This document shows positions 18,609 through 29,971 of a stretch of 64,000 nt of DNA, one piece after another (within the stretch, counting starts at the first letter, position 1; each line of letters opens with the position of its first letter). Origin of the DNA: Eubacteriales bacterium (lineage in GTDB: Bacteria > Bacillota > Clostridia > Oscillospirales > RGIG577); NCBI GenBank assembly GCA_050943735.1, contig JBMNPT010000003.1:99533-163532 (forward strand), read 5' to 3'. The notes beneath the pieces were generated by a model. It made no database searches, was not told the DNA's origin, and saw only the letters and a list, made by a program, of their open reading frames with translations. Made by a program: the position numbers and the translations under genes.

Positions 18609-21600
18609 ATGGAACCACAAGCATTGCCGGCGCTGCTGGAGATTTTTCATCTGTATCAGCCCGACGAAACCACAAAAGAGATGCTGTCACATGCGCAGCT
18701 GACCGAGGCGATTGCCCATACAGAACGGCGCTCCATCCAGCTGACGCTTACCTTCTCCGATATCATTCCTTCCCGCATTCTTCTGTATCAGGTGCAGGAT
18801 GAACTGACCCGGTTATATCAGCTGAGCCATTTTGAAATTCACACCCGATATAGCAATCCGGACCTTTTGGGAGAGGCTTATTTTCAGCAGCTGATCCCCT
18901 ATGCCAAGCGGGAAATTCCAGGGGCCAACGGTTTTTTGGATGACGCGGTGTTTCAATGGGAAGAGGGAATCTTACATATTTCCTTACAGCGGGGTGGGGA
19001 GAGTCTGCTCAAGCTGGCCAAGTGCGATACCAAGCTGGCGGCGCTGATTCGGGAAGAGTTTGGTTGTCAGGCACAGGTGTGCTTTGATGGTCAGAAAGAA
19101 CTGTGCATCAGCAGTGAAGAGTACCGTCAGCATGCCCAGATGCAGCAGCAGCTCACCCAGCGCCTTTTGCGGGAAACTCCTTCGTCTGCCCAGAGTGGCA
19201 CAGCGGCAGTTGGAAAAAGCGGTGCCGCAAAGGGCGCAGCCCCCGCCGCTACAGACAGCCCCATTTTGCTGGGCCGGGAGATTCGAGACGCTGTGACTCC
19301 CATGCGGGACATCACCCAGGAGAGTGGCCGAGTGACAGTGGAGGGCCGGGTGTTTGCGCTGGAAACCCGGGAGGTGAGCAATGGTTCCGCTGTGGTGTTG
19401 GGGCTGGATGTAACGGATGAACAATCTTCTCTGCACCTGAGCCGGTATTTCAAAAAGCCGGATTGGGAAAAGGTGGCAGACCGGTTTAAGAAGGGAATGT
19501 ACATCGCTGCCCGGGGAGAAATTGAATACAACAAATACGACCGGGACATCAACATGCGTCTGATGGACGTCAATCTACGCAAGGCTCCGGTGGTAGAAGA
19601 CACCGCGGAGGTCAAGCGGGTGGAGCTTCATCTGCATACCAACATGTCCGCCATGGACGGCATGAACGACGTTTCCGATCTGGTCAAGCAGGCCATTGCC
19701 TGGGGTCACAAGGCCATGGCCATCACAGACCATGGCGTGGTGCAGTCCTTCCCCACTGCTATGAAGGCTGCCAAAGGCAGCGATCTCAAGGTGATCTACG
19801 GGGTGGAGGCTTATTTCATCGACGATACGGTTCCCTGTGTCTATGGCCATCAGGACCGGAATCTGCGCGACGAATTCATCATGTTTGACCTGGAGACCAC
19901 CGGACTCAATCCCAACCTGTGCGCCATCACTGAAATTGGCGCAGTGCGGGTGAAAAACGGGGAAGTGGTAGAGGAGTTTGACACCTTTGTGGACCCGGAG
20001 ATGCCCATTCCGCCTGAGATCACCAAGCTCACCGGCATCAGTGATGAGATGGTACAGGGGGCTCCCAAAGTGCGGCAGGCCATTGAGATGTTCTACGACT
20101 TTTGCGGGGACGCGCCGCTGGTGGCTCACAATTCTCCCTTTGACGCAGGTTTTATGAAAGTGCACAGCCGCCGTGTGGGATTGGATTTCCCCTATACCTG
20201 TTTGGACACCGTGGCGCTGGCCAAATTTTTGCTGCCCAATCAGAAAAAGTACAAGCTGGACATTCTGGCCAAGGAGCTGAAACTGCCACCTTTCAACCAT
20301 CACCGGGCCTGTGATGACTCACGGGTATTGGCGGGTATTTTCCACGCTTTTGTGGACATGTTGGATAAAGAACACAACATTCATACCCTGCAGGAGATCA
20401 ACATTGCCCTCTCCAAGGGATTTGACTATAAAAAGCCCCGCACCTATCACCAGATCATTCTGGTAAAAAATCTGGTGGGGCTAAAAAATCTCTATAAACT
20501 GGTTTCCTATGCGCACCTCAACTACTACTACCGGCGGCCCCGTACGCCCAAAAGCGTACTGATGCAGCATCGGGAAGGCCTGCTCATCGGCAGTGCCTGT
20601 GATGCGGGTGAACTGTACACCGCCATCCGGGAAGGACGTCCGGAGGATGAGGTGGAGAACATCGCCAAATTCTACGACTATCTGGAGATCCAACCTCTGG
20701 GCAATGTCATGTATCTGGTGCGGGAAAACAAAGTGGCGAGCGTGGAAGAATTGCAGGCCATCAACCGGCACATCTGTCAGCTGGGAGAGAAGCTGGGCAA
20801 ACCGGTGGTGGCCACCGGCGACGTACATTTTCTCAAACCGGAAGATCAGGCATTCCGAGCCATTCTGATGGCGGGACAGGGCTTTGCGGATGCGGACAAC
20901 CAGGCTCCTCTGTACTTCCGTACCACCCAGGATATGCTGCAGGAATTTGCCTATTTGGGCGAGGAAAAGGCCTACGAAGTGGTCGTGACCAATCCCGGTC
21001 TCATTGCGGACATGTGCGAAAAAATCAGTCCCATCAGTCCGGATAAATGTCCGCCTTCTCTGCCCAATGACAAGGAGGATCTGGAACGGCTGAGCCGGGA
21101 AAAGGCCTATGCCATTTATGGGGATCCACTGCCCGATATTGTAAAGGAACGGATGGAAAAAGAACTGCATTCCATCATCGGCAATGGCTACGCGGTGATG
21201 TACATGATCGCTCAAAAGCTGGTGCAGAAATCCCTCTCCGACGGCTACCTGGTGGGGTCCCGTGGTTCTGTAGGTTCTTCCTTCGTGGCGTTTTTGTCGG
21301 GCATCACCGAGGTAAATTCTCTCTGTCCCCACTATGTGTGCCCCCAGTGCAAGCACAGTGAATTTGTCACCGATGGCAGTTATTACACCGGCGTGGACAT
21401 GCCGGACAAGGACTGCCCTCACTGCGGTACCCGTATGAAAAAAGATGGCTTTGACATTCCCTTTGAAACCTTTTTGGGGTTCTATGGAGATAAGGAACCG
21501 GATATCGACCTGAACTTCTCCGGTGAATACCAGGCCCGGGCCCACAAGTATACCGGCGTGCTCTTTGGAGAAGGCAATGTATTCAAAGCAGGCACAATTG

Positions 21601-22940
21601 GTACACTGGCGGAAAAAACCGCCTACGGCTACGTGAAAAAATACCTGGACGAGCGGGGAAGAGTGGTCACCAAGGCAGAGGAAAACCGCCTGACGCTGGG
21701 CTGTACCGGCATCAAGCGGACCACCGGCCAGCACCCGGGCGGCATTGTGGTGTGCCCCCGGGATCGGGAAATCTACGATTTTACACCGGTGCAGCACCCG
21801 GCCGATGATGTGGGCAGTGATCAGATCACCACCCACTTCGACTACCATTCCATCGACGGAAATCTGCTCAAACTGGACATTCTGGGACATGATGACCCCA
21901 CTGTGATCCGTATGCTGGAGGATCTGATCAAAGTGGACCATCCCGAATTTGACGCCAAGCAGATTCCCCTGGACGACAAGGAAACCATGCGGATTTTTAC
22001 CTCTGTGGAGCCGCTGGGGCTGGACCCGGAGGAAAATGATCCCATTTTGGGCAAGGTGGGTTCCTTTGCCATTCCGGAATTCGGGACCAAATTTGTTCGG
22101 GGCATGCTGGTGGACACCCAACCCACCAGTTTCATCGAGCTGGTCAACATTTCGGGCCTGTCCCATGGCACCGACGTGTGGCTGGGTAATGCCGCTGATC
22201 TAGTGCATCAACGGGGGTTCAAGCTGGACCAGTGTATCTGCTGCCGTGATGATATTATGATTTACCTCATCCGAATGGGACTGGAACCCGGCGTGGCATT
22301 CAAAATCATGGAAAGTGTGCGAAAAGGCAAGGGGCTCAGCGATGAGTGGATTCAAACCATGAAGGAACACGATGTACCCCAGTGGTATATCGACTCCTGT
22401 CTGAAAATCAAATACATGTTCCCCAAAGCGCACGCAGTGGCCTATGTGACCATGGCGTACCGCATTGCCTACTGCAAGGTTCACTATCCAGAAGCCTTTT
22501 ACTGTGCCTACTTTACCGTCCGCGCCGATGAGTTTGAAGCGGACTGCATGATCAATGGCATCGATGTGGTGCGTGCCAAGATTGATGAGATCAACCACAA
22601 TCCGGAAGCCAGCAATAAGGAAAAAAATATGATCACCGTGCTGGAAGTGTGCTATGAGATGTACAAACGAGGCTTTACCTTCTGTCCCATTGATCTGTAC
22701 CGTTCGCATCCCACCAAGTTCCAGATCACGCCGGATGGAATTTTGCCTCCGCTCAACGCCATTGCAGGATTGGGGGACAATGCGGCCAACAGCATTGCCG
22801 CCGCCCGGGAAGAAGAACCTTTTGCCACTCAGGAGGATCTGCGGCTGCGCGCCAAGGTGAGCAAAACCATTCTGGAAGTCATGGACCAGATGGGAATTTT
22901 GGAAGGGATTCCCAAAACCAGCCAGCTCAGTTTGTTTTAA
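18609..22940 (+). CDS. polC: DNA polymerase III PolC-type
   Basis: 1443 aa. Contains the exonuclease motif FIMFDLETTGL, PHP and polymerase core segments, and the Zn module CPHYVCPQCK...CPHCG. Confidence 0.95.
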   Translation: MEPQALPALLEIFHLYQPDETTKEMLSHAQLTEAIAHTERRSIQLTLTFSDIIPSRILLYQVQDELTRLYQLSHFEIHTRYSNPDLLGEAYFQQLIPYAKREIPGANGFLDDAVFQWEEGILHISLQRGGESLLKLAKCDTKLAALIREEFGCQAQVCFDGQKELCISSEEYRQHAQMQQQLTQRLLRETPSSAQSGTAAVGKSGAAKGAAPAATDSPILLGREIRDAVTPMRDITQESGRVTVEGRVFALETREVSNGSAVVLGLDVTDEQSSLHLSRYFKKPDWEKVADRFKKGMYIAARGEIEYNKYDRDINMRLMDVNLRKAPVVEDTAEVKRVELHLHTNMSAMDGMNDVSDLVKQAIAWGHKAMAITDHGVVQSFPTAMKAAKGSDLKVIYGVEAYFIDDTVPCVYGHQDRNLRDEFIMFDLETTGLNPNLCAITEIGAVRVKNGEVVEEFDTFVDPEMPIPPEITKLTGISDEMVQGAPKVRQAIEMFYDFCGDAPLVAHNSPFDAGFMKVHSRRVGLDFPYTCLDTVALAKFLLPNQKKYKLDILAKELKLPPFNHHRACDDSRVLAGIFHAFVDMLDKEHNIHTLQEINIALSKGFDYKKPRTYHQIILVKNLVGLKNLYKLVSYAHLNYYYRRPRTPKSVLMQHREGLLIGSACDAGELYTAIREGRPEDEVENIAKFYDYLEIQPLGNVMYLVRENKVASVEELQAINRHICQLGEKLGKPVVATGDVHFLKPEDQAFRAILMAGQGFADADNQAPLYFRTTQDMLQEFAYLGEEKAYEVVVTNPGLIADMCEKISPISPDKCPPSLPNDKEDLERLSREKAYAIYGDPLPDIVKERMEKELHSIIGNGYAVMYMIAQKLVQKSLSDGYLVGSRGSVGSSFVAFLSGITEVNSLCPHYVCPQCKHSEFVTDGSYYTGVDMPDKDCPHCGTRMKKDGFDIPFETFLGFYGDKEPDIDLNFSGEYQARAHKYTGVLFGEGNVFKAGTIGTLAEKTAYGYVKKYLDERGRVVTKAEENRLTLGCTGIKRTTGQHPGGIVVCPRDREIYDFTPVQHPADDVGSDQITTHFDYHSIDGNLLKLDILGHDDPTVIRMLEDLIKVDHPEFDAKQIPLDDKETMRIFTSVEPLGLDPEENDPILGKVGSFAIPEFGTKFVRGMLVDTQPTSFIELVNISGLSHGTDVWLGNAADLVHQRGFKLDQCICCRDDIMIYLIRMGLEPGVAFKIMESVRKGKGLSDEWIQTMKEHDVPQWYIDSCLKIKYMFPKAHAVAYVTMAYRIAYCKVHYPEAFYCAYFTVRADEFEADCMINGIDVVRAKIDEINHNPEASNKEKNMITVLEVCYEMYKRGFTFCPIDLYRSHPTKFQITPDGILPPLNAIAGLGDNAANSIAAAREEEPFATQEDLRLRAKVSKTILEVMDQMGILEGIPKTSQLSLF

Positions 22941-22947
22941 GAGGAGA

Positions 22948-22982
22948 AAAGCAGTGCAGCCAAAAGGCAGGCACTGCTTTTT
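22948..22982 (+). terminator. terminator after polC
   Basis: aaagcagtgc ... gcactgcttttt. Confidence 0.65.
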
Positions 22983-23070
22983 CCCAAACAAAATATTTTT
23001 CTTGATTTTTACGATATATTGTGATAATGTATTAGTGTGCTAAAGTAAAATAGAAAAGTAGGAGAGAATT

Positions 23071-24276
23071 ATGCAAAAATGGTCTCAATATATTCCTGAG
23101 GGGATGAATGATTATCTGTATGCCAATCTCAAGCGGAAACGTCTCATTGAACAGGCCATTACCGGTGTGTTTGAAGAGCGGGGATACCTGGAAATTGAAA
23201 CCCCTACGCTGGAATTTCTGGATGTATTCCGTTCGCTGGACAGTCATGTGCCGGATGAGGATATGTATAAATTATTCGATGCCAAAGGGCGGATTTTGGC
23301 TCTGCGGCACGACATGACCACTCCCATTGCCCGGGTGGCAGCCACGAAACTCCGCCAGGAAGAGCGGCCCATCAAGCTGTACTACCGGCAAAATGTATAC
23401 CGCAACAATGAATACCTGCATGGGCAGCGGGACGAGGTGACCCAGTGCGGCGTGGAAGTGCTGGGACTCTCCAACGATCGGGCGGATATGGATATTCTCA
23501 TCACCGCCATCGAGGCGCTGAAGCAGGCCACCAGCCAGGGATTCAAAATCGAGTTGGGACACATCGGATTTTTCAAGGCGCTGGCTTCCCAATTGCAGGC
23601 GGAACAGTCTCAGGTGGAGGCCATCCGACAGTGCATTGAAACCAAGAATTTCGCCCAGCTGGACAGCCTGCTGGACAATTTGCAGGACGATCCCCAGGTG
23701 ATCGCTGCCATCCGGCAGCTGCCCCGTCTGTTTGGGGAACCGGATATACTGGACCGGGCAGCCTCTCTCACCCAAAGTGAGGAAGCACAGGCCATTTTGG
23801 CGGAACTGCGGCATATTGTAGAGGATCTGACCCAGCTGGGATACGGCGAATATCTGGCGGTGGATCTGGGCATGGTGCATCAGATTGGATATTACACCGG
23901 CCTGATTTTCCGGGGCTATCTGGATGGTTCAGGAGAAAATTGTCTGGCGGGTGGCCGGTATGACGGTCTCTCGGCCAATTTTGGCGGCGAACTTCCCTCC
24001 ACCGGATTTGCCATCACCGTCAACAGCATCTTGGATACCCAGGAAAAAACCGACAGTATGGCGGCTGTTTCCATGGCGCCGGACAGTGTGGTGTTTTATG
24101 AGGAAGGCTGCATCGGCCAGGCCTATGCCATTTACCGCAACATCAAACAGATGGGACAGAGCTGTCAGATCAGTCTGTATGCCACGCTGGAAGAAGCCAG
24201 ACAACATGCGGTCAATCTTGGGGCCAAATATCTGTACCACGTGCAGCCGGGCAAGACCGAAATCATCAATTTGTGA
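23071..24276 (+). CDS. hisZ: ATP phosphoribosyltransferase regulatory subunit
   Basis: 401-aa HisRS-like protein without an anticodon domain, directly upstream of a short-form hisG. Confidence 0.85.
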   Translation: MQKWSQYIPEGMNDYLYANLKRKRLIEQAITGVFEERGYLEIETPTLEFLDVFRSLDSHVPDEDMYKLFDAKGRILALRHDMTTPIARVAATKLRQEERPIKLYYRQNVYRNNEYLHGQRDEVTQCGVEVLGLSNDRADMDILITAIEALKQATSQGFKIELGHIGFFKALASQLQAEQSQVEAIRQCIETKNFAQLDSLLDNLQDDPQVIAAIRQLPRLFGEPDILDRAASLTQSEEAQAILAELRHIVEDLTQLGYGEYLAVDLGMVHQIGYYTGLIFRGYLDGSGENCLAGGRYDGLSANFGGELPSTGFAITVNSILDTQEKTDSMAAVSMAPDSVVFYEEGCIGQAYAIYRNIKQMGQSCQISLYATLEEARQHAVNLGAKYLYHVQPGKTEIINL

Positions 24277-24290
24277 GAGGGACAGACGAT

Positions 24291-24929
24291 ATGCAGACCA
24301 TTAAAATGGCTCTGACCAAGGGCCGACTGGAAAAAAAGATCATTGAAATATTTGAGCGGATGGGTGTGGATGCCACACCGCTGCGTGAAAAGGGACGGAA
24401 GCTGATTTTTTCTCTGGCGGATGGACGATACGAAGTGGTGCTGGCCAAAGCGGCTGATGTGCTGACCTACATCCAGCATGGTGTGTGCGATGTTGGCATC
24501 GTGGGCAAGGACACCATTTTGGAATACGGCGGAGAATATTACGAAGTGATGGATCTGCAGACCGGGAAATGCCGGTTTGCGGTGGCCGGACGGCCTGGGA
24601 CCGACCTGTATAGCGGCCACGACAAAAAAATCATCGCCACCAAGTATCCCCATGTGACCCATGACTATTTTGCCAGCAAGGGTGTGGATGTGGAGATTAT
24701 CAAAATTGAAGGCTCAGTGGAGCTGGCTCCACTGGTGCGGCTGAGCGATGCCATTGTGGACATTGTGGAGACCGGTTCCACTTTGAAGGAGAACGGTCTC
24801 ACCGTACTGGAGGACATCTGTGACATTTCCGCTCGTATGATTGTCAACATTGCGGCCATGAAGCTCAAACGTCAGGAGATCAACCAGCTGATCGAAGAGG
24901 TAAAACAGGGATTGGAGGACGGCACATGA
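24291..24929 (+). CDS. hisG: ATP phosphoribosyltransferase (short form)
   Basis: MQTIKMALTKGRL... with IVETGSTLKENGL. I chose the ATG at 24291, which follows GAGAGGGA. Confidence 0.9.
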   Translation: MQTIKMALTKGRLEKKIIEIFERMGVDATPLREKGRKLIFSLADGRYEVVLAKAADVLTYIQHGVCDVGIVGKDTILEYGGEYYEVMDLQTGKCRFAVAGRPGTDLYSGHDKKIIATKYPHVTHDYFASKGVDVEIIKIEGSVELAPLVRLSDAIVDIVETGSTLKENGLTVLEDICDISARMIVNIAAMKLKRQEINQLIEEVKQGLEDGT

Positions 24930-26221
24930 TACGGATCATTGAAGAAAAGGACAGCGCGCAGATCGATGCGCTGCTGGCTTCCCGGGCAGTGGGTGTCAAT
25001 GCCGCTGTGACCGAAAGCGTACAGGAAATCATCCGTCAAGTGCAGCTGCGGGGCGATGAGGCAGTGGCTGACTTCACCCGAAAGTTTGACGGCGCCGCTC
25101 CCGATGCCTTGGAACTGACCTGGCAGGAGCGGGAAGAGGGAGCAGCCAAGGCTGATCCCCGCTTAGTGGAAGCCCTGGAGAGAGCAGCACAGAATATTCG
25201 CTCCTACCATGAAGAACAGCGTCAGCGCTCTTATATCATCACTCGTGAAAATGGGGCTATTATGGGTCAGCGGGTGCGGGCTCTTCGCCGGGTGGGACTG
25301 TATGTGCCCGGCGGTACCGCTTCCTATCCCTCTTCAGTGCTGATGAATGCCATTCCCGCCAAGGTGGCGGGGGTGCCGGAGCTCATTATGACCACTCCGC
25401 CGGGACCTGATGGCAGTATCGCTCCTCACATTTTAGCGGCAGCCAACATTGCCGGAGTGGATCGGATTTTCCGCATGGGCGGAGCACAGGCAGTGGCCGC
25501 TCTGGCTCTGGGAACCCAAACCGTCCCCCGGGTGGATAAAATTGTAGGCCCGGGCAATCAGTATGTGGCCACCGCCAAACGGCTGCTGTTCGGCACAGTG
25601 GACATCGACATGATCGCGGGGCCAAGTGAAATCCTCATCGTCTGCGACGGCAGTGCGGATCCCCGACTGGTGGCCGCCGACATGATGAGCCAGGCAGAAC
25701 ATGACCCCATGGCTTCCTCGGTGGTGGTGTGTGTTTCCCGTCAGCAGGCAGAGGAGATTGAAGCGGAAGTGCAGCGGCAGCTGGCCACTCTCAGCCGCCG
25801 GGAGATCATCACCCGGTCGCTGGAACAGTTTGGCGCGTTGGTGGTGTGTGATTCCATGGAACGGGCACTGGAGATGGCCAACCGCATTGCTCCGGAACAT
25901 CTGGAGCTGATGGTGGAGGAGCCCTTCCGGTATCTGGGACAGGTGGAAAACGCCGGTTCCGTCTTTTTGGGACATCACAGTCCCGAGCCGCTGGGCGATT
26001 ATTTTGCCGGGCCCAACCATGTGCTGCCCACCAACGGCACAGCCCGTTTCTTCTCGCCCTTGTCGGTGGATACCTTCCTGAAAAAAAGCAGCTATCTCTG
26101 CTACACCCAGGAAGCTCTGGCGCAGGCCAGTGAGGACATTGTCACCCTGGCGCGCAGCGAAGGGCTGGATGCCCACGCCAATTCCATTCTGGTACGGATG
26201 GAGAGAAAGGAGAACCCATGA
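24926..26221 (+). CDS. hisD: histidinol dehydrogenase
   Basis: 431 aa. Contains GPGNQYV, SQAEHD and PEHLEL motifs. Confidence 0.93.
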   Translation: MIRIIEEKDSAQIDALLASRAVGVNAAVTESVQEIIRQVQLRGDEAVADFTRKFDGAAPDALELTWQEREEGAAKADPRLVEALERAAQNIRSYHEEQRQRSYIITRENGAIMGQRVRALRRVGLYVPGGTASYPSSVLMNAIPAKVAGVPELIMTTPPGPDGSIAPHILAAANIAGVDRIFRMGGAQAVAALALGTQTVPRVDKIVGPGNQYVATAKRLLFGTVDIDMIAGPSEILIVCDGSADPRLVAADMMSQAEHDPMASSVVVCVSRQQAEEIEAEVQRQLATLSRREIITRSLEQFGALVVCDSMERALEMANRIAPEHLELMVEEPFRYLGQVENAGSVFLGHHSPEPLGDYFAGPNHVLPTNGTARFFSPLSVDTFLKKSSYLCYTQEALAQASEDIVTLARSEGLDAHANSILVRMERKENP

Positions 26222-27291
26222 GTCGTTATGCCATTCCCCGGGTCCAAACACTGACCCCATATACCGCCAATCCCAATGTATATCCCGTCAAGCTGGACGC
26301 CAACGAGAGTGTGTATCCCATTGACGACGCACTTCGGCAAAAGGTGGCCCAGGCTCTGCTGGAAGACGGGCTCAACATCTATCCTGACCCCATGGCAGAG
26401 CAGCTGTGTCGTGCCTACGAACAGCTCATGGGCCTGCCGGCTGGCCGTACTGCTGCGGGCAACGGCTCGGATGAGCTGATTCATGTGATCCAGCAGTGCT
26501 ATCTGGACGCGGGAGATACACTGCTTTGTTTTGGCCCTGACTTTTCCATGTACCGTTTTTACGCGGAAGTACTGGGCGCCCGGGTGGAAGAAGTGATGAA
26601 AGGAGAGGACTTGTGCCTCACGCCGCAGATGGTCAAACAGGCCTATGATCGGGTGCAGCCGCAAATGATTTGTTTTTCTAATCCCTGCAACCCCACCGGA
26701 CAGGGAATGAGCCGGGAAGAGATCCGGCAGATCGTGGAGCAGTGCCCCTGTATGATTGTGGTAGACGAAGCCTATATGGATTTCTGGAACCAGTCTGTGA
26801 TGGATCTGGTGGACCAGTATGACAATCTCATCGTGCTGCGCACCTGCTCCAAGGCCTTTGCACTGGCCGGAATCCGGCTGGGTTTTGCGGTGGCGGAGCC
26901 TTCCATTATCCAGGATATACAAAAAGTAAAATCCCCCTATAATGTGAGCGTACTTACTCAAATCGCAGGCCAGGTGTGCCTGGAAAACGCCCAGTACATG
27001 AAAGAAGATGTGGAGCGGCTGATGCAGGAACGGGACTGGTTTCAGCAAAAAGCCATGGAGCTGGCTGCTGAATTCCCGGGACTGCTGCAAGCCTATGCCT
27101 CCCACGCCAATTTTGTGCTGTTTTCTTCTCCCAAAGCCCAGGCTATTACACAAGCTCTGTTGGAGGAGGGGATTTGCATTCGAGTGTACGGCGGCCCCCG
27201 TTTCCGTGTGACGGTTGGTACCCACGAACAGATGCAGCAAATCCTGTGCATCCTGCGCAGTGTTTTGCAGCAGGAGAGGAGTGCACAATGA
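26218..27291 (+). CDS. hisC: histidinol-phosphate aminotransferase
   Basis: 357 aa. VLRTCSKAFALAGIRLG carries the PLP lysine motif. Confidence 0.9.
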   Translation: MSRYAIPRVQTLTPYTANPNVYPVKLDANESVYPIDDALRQKVAQALLEDGLNIYPDPMAEQLCRAYEQLMGLPAGRTAAGNGSDELIHVIQQCYLDAGDTLLCFGPDFSMYRFYAEVLGARVEEVMKGEDLCLTPQMVKQAYDRVQPQMICFSNPCNPTGQGMSREEIRQIVEQCPCMIVVDEAYMDFWNQSVMDLVDQYDNLIVLRTCSKAFALAGIRLGFAVAEPSIIQDIQKVKSPYNVSVLTQIAGQVCLENAQYMKEDVERLMQERDWFQQKAMELAAEFPGLLQAYASHANFVLFSSPKAQAITQALLEEGICIRVYGGPRFRVTVGTHEQMQQILCILRSVLQQERSAQ

Positions 27292-27866
27292 TTCAGATAG
27301 AACGGACCACAAAGGAAACCAGCATCCGGCTGGAATTGGAGCTGCAGGGCTCGGGACAGGGAGAAATTTCCACCGGAGTAGGTTTTTTCGATCACATGCT
27401 GCACTCCTTCGCGGTGCACGGCGGATTTGATCTGTCGGTACAGGTGCAGGGGGATTTGCAGGTGGATTGCCACCACACCATTGAGGACACCGGCATTGTG
27501 CTGGGACAGGCCTTTGCCAAAGCGCTGGGAAACAAAGGCGGCATCCGTCGTTTTGGCTCCGCCTATGTCCCCATGGATGAAGCGCTGTGTTTTGCGGCGG
27601 TGGATGTGAGCGGGCGGCCCTATCTGGTGCTGGACTGTCCTGCATCCGCACCTATGATTGGAGAGTATGACACCCAGATGACCACTGAGTTTTTCCGGGC
27701 ATTGGCCATGAACAGCGGCATCACCTTGCACGCCCGCTGTCTGTACGGCGACAACGACCACCACAAGGTGGAGGCGCTGTTCAAAGCGGTGGCCCGGGCG
27801 TTGCGGGAGGCGGTGACTCCCACCGGTGACGGCCGAGTCCTGTCCGCCAAGGGGGTGCTGGGATGA
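27288..27866 (+). CDS. hisB: imidazoleglycerol-phosphate dehydratase
   Basis: Contains MIQIERTTKETSIRLEL, FFDHMLH and DNDHHKVEALFKA. The ATG at 27288 overlaps the hisC stop. Confidence 0.93.
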   Translation: MIQIERTTKETSIRLELELQGSGQGEISTGVGFFDHMLHSFAVHGGFDLSVQVQGDLQVDCHHTIEDTGIVLGQAFAKALGNKGGIRRFGSAYVPMDEALCFAAVDVSGRPYLVLDCPASAPMIGEYDTQMTTEFFRALAMNSGITLHARCLYGDNDHHKVEALFKAVARALREAVTPTGDGRVLSAKGVLG

Positions 27867-28465
27867 TCGCCATAATCGACTACGGAGCGGGCAATCTATT
27901 CAACGCCCAAAAAGCCATGGAAGCGCTGGGATATGACGCGGTGGTAACTGGTGACCCGCAGACCATCCGGGATGCCTCCAAGCTGATTTTGCCCGGTGTG
28001 GGGGCGTTCCCCAGTGCCATGGAGCAGCTCAACCAGAGCGGACTGGCGCAGCTTTTGCGGGAGCAGGTGCAAGGAGGGAAATCTCTGCTGGGCATCTGCC
28101 TGGGCATGCAGCTGCTGTTTGACCGCAGTGAAGAAGTGACCCCCACCCCCGGGCTGGGGCTGATCCAGGGATGTGTGAAGCGGCTTACCAAGGCGCCCAA
28201 AATCCCACATATGGGCTGGAATGACTTGCATTTTCCCCAGTCTCATCCGGTTTTCTCTGGCATCGATGAGGGAGCCTATGTCTATTTTGTACATAGCTTC
28301 TGCGCGCAGGAAGTGCGGCCGGAAGATCTGATCGCCACCACTGAATACGGGGAAACCATCACCGCAGCGGTGGCCCGGGACAATGTGATCGGAATGCAGT
28401 ATCACCCTGAAAAAAGCAGTGCCGTGGGCCTGCGGATGCTGCGCAATTTTGCTGAGATGAAATGA
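27863..28465 (+). CDS. hisH: imidazole glycerol phosphate synthase, glutamine amidotransferase subunit
   Basis: Contains IAIIDYGAGNL, LGICLGMQLL (catalytic Cys) and QYHPEKS. Confidence 0.93.
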   Translation: MIAIIDYGAGNLFNAQKAMEALGYDAVVTGDPQTIRDASKLILPGVGAFPSAMEQLNQSGLAQLLREQVQGGKSLLGICLGMQLLFDRSEEVTPTPGLGLIQGCVKRLTKAPKIPHMGWNDLHFPQSHPVFSGIDEGAYVYFVHSFCAQEVRPEDLIATTEYGETITAAVARDNVIGMQYHPEKSSAVGLRMLRNFAEMK

Positions 28466-28475
28466 GGAATCACCC

Positions 28476-29198
28476 ATGATAATTTTACCTGCCATTGATT
28501 TAAAAGACGGACAGTGTGTCCGTCTGGTCAAAGGGGAATTTTCCACCGCCCACAAAGTGGCGGAAGACCCCGCGCAAACCGCTCAAACCTTCCGGGACTG
28601 CGGCGCGTCATTCATCCACGTGGTGGATCTGGACGGCTCTCTGCAGGGCAAGTGCGTCAACCGGACAGCCATTGAAGCCATCCTGTCCGCCGGTGTACCC
28701 GTGGAACTGGGAGGCGGAGTCCGTTCCATGGACACACTGATTGACCTGCTGGAAATGGGCGTTTCCCGGGTAATTTTGGGCAGTGCAGCCCTTAAGGACC
28801 CTGCTTTTGTACGGGAAGCACTGGCCGCTTACGGAGACCGTATTGCGGTGGGAATTGACGCCAAACAGGGCATGGTGGCTGTGGAAGGCTGGAAGGAAAC
28901 CAGCCGTGTGGATTATCTGGAGTTTGCCCGGGAAATGGATGCGTTGGGTGTTGGCAACCTGATCTTCACCGACATCAGCCGGGATGGCACCCTCACTGGT
29001 CCCAACCTGGAACAATTGGGCGCGCTCTGTGACGCGGTGTCCTGCAAGGTGACTGCCAGCGGCGGCGTGAAGGATCTCTCTCACATCCGCCAGCTCATGG
29101 AGCTGGGCGTGTATGGCGCCATTGTGGGTAAGGCCATCTATGCCGGCACGCTGGATTTGCGCCAGGCCATCGCTCTTACACGAGAGGGGGAAGGCTGA
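28476..29198 (+). CDS. hisA: 1-(5-phosphoribosyl)-5-[(5-phosphoribosylamino)methylideneamino]imidazole-4-carboxamide isomerase
   Basis: [20 protein letters not shown]... and HVVDLDG. Confidence 0.92.
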   Translation: MIILPAIDLKDGQCVRLVKGEFSTAHKVAEDPAQTAQTFRDCGASFIHVVDLDGSLQGKCVNRTAIEAILSAGVPVELGGGVRSMDTLIDLLEMGVSRVILGSAALKDPAFVREALAAYGDRIAVGIDAKQGMVAVEGWKETSRVDYLEFAREMDALGVGNLIFTDISRDGTLTGPNLEQLGALCDAVSCKVTASGGVKDLSHIRQLMELGVYGAIVGKAIYAGTLDLRQAIALTREGEG

Positions 29199-29965
29199 TG
29201 TTGGGCAAACGAATCATTCCCTGTCTGGATGTCACCGATGGGCGGGTGGTCAAAGGAGTCCATTTTGTGGACCTGAAAGACGTTGGAGACCCCATTGAAA
29301 TCGCACGGTACTATGAAAAGCAGGGGGCAGATGAGATTGTATTTCTGGACATCACCGCCACCAGCGACGGCCGGGCCACCATGGTAGATCTCATCAGCCG
29401 GTGTGCCTCCCAGGTGTTTATGCCTCTGACGGTGGGGGGCGGCATCCGCACCGTAGAAGATTTTCGGCAGATTCTGCGGGCGGGTGCGGACAAGGTTTCC
29501 ATCAACTCCTCGGCGGTGAAAAATCCTCAGCTGATCAGCCAGGCGGCGGAGATCTTCGGCAGCCAATGCGTGGTGGTGGCAGTGGATGTGCGCCGTCACC
29601 CGGAAAATCACAAGAGCGGATACAACGTGGTCATTGCCGGAGGGCGGATTGACACAGGGCTGGATGCGCTGGAGTGGGTTCAGCAAGCCTGGAAGCTGGG
29701 AGCAGGAGAGATTTTGCTCACTTCCATGGAAGCCGATGGAACCAAAGCCGGCTATGATCTGGGCATCACCAAGGCGGTGTGCCAGGCGGTGGATATCCCG
29801 GTGATCGCCAGCGGTGGAGCGGGCACATTGGAGCATTTCCCCCAGGTGTTTGAGGAAACCGGCTGCGATGCGGCACTGGCAGCTTCTCTGTTCCATTTCA
29901 AGGAGCTGGAAGTGAGTCAGGTCAAAGAGACCCTGCGTCAGCGGGGCATTCCGGTAAGGAGGTAA
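29198..29965 (+). CDS. hisF: imidazole glycerol phosphate synthase cyclase subunit
   Basis: Contains [19 protein letters not shown] and VIASGGAG. Confidence 0.93.
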   Translation: MLGKRIIPCLDVTDGRVVKGVHFVDLKDVGDPIEIARYYEKQGADEIVFLDITATSDGRATMVDLISRCASQVFMPLTVGGGIRTVEDFRQILRAGADKVSINSSAVKNPQLISQAAEIFGSQCVVVAVDVRRHPENHKSGYNVVIAGGRIDTGLDALEWVQQAWKLGAGEILLTSMEADGTKAGYDLGITKAVCQAVDIPVIASGGAGTLEHFPQVFEETGCDAALAASLFHFKELEVSQVKETLRQRGIPVRR

Positions 29966-29971
29966 CAGGGT

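Noticed and set aside
22983-23070. T-box or riboswitch leaders upstream of hisZ (22983-23070), thiE (48258-48354) and asd (33738-33886).
   Set aside because: The gaps are too short (about 90, 95 and 140 nt). I saw no T-box specifier/T-box sequence, no TPP CUGAGA core and no L-box elements.
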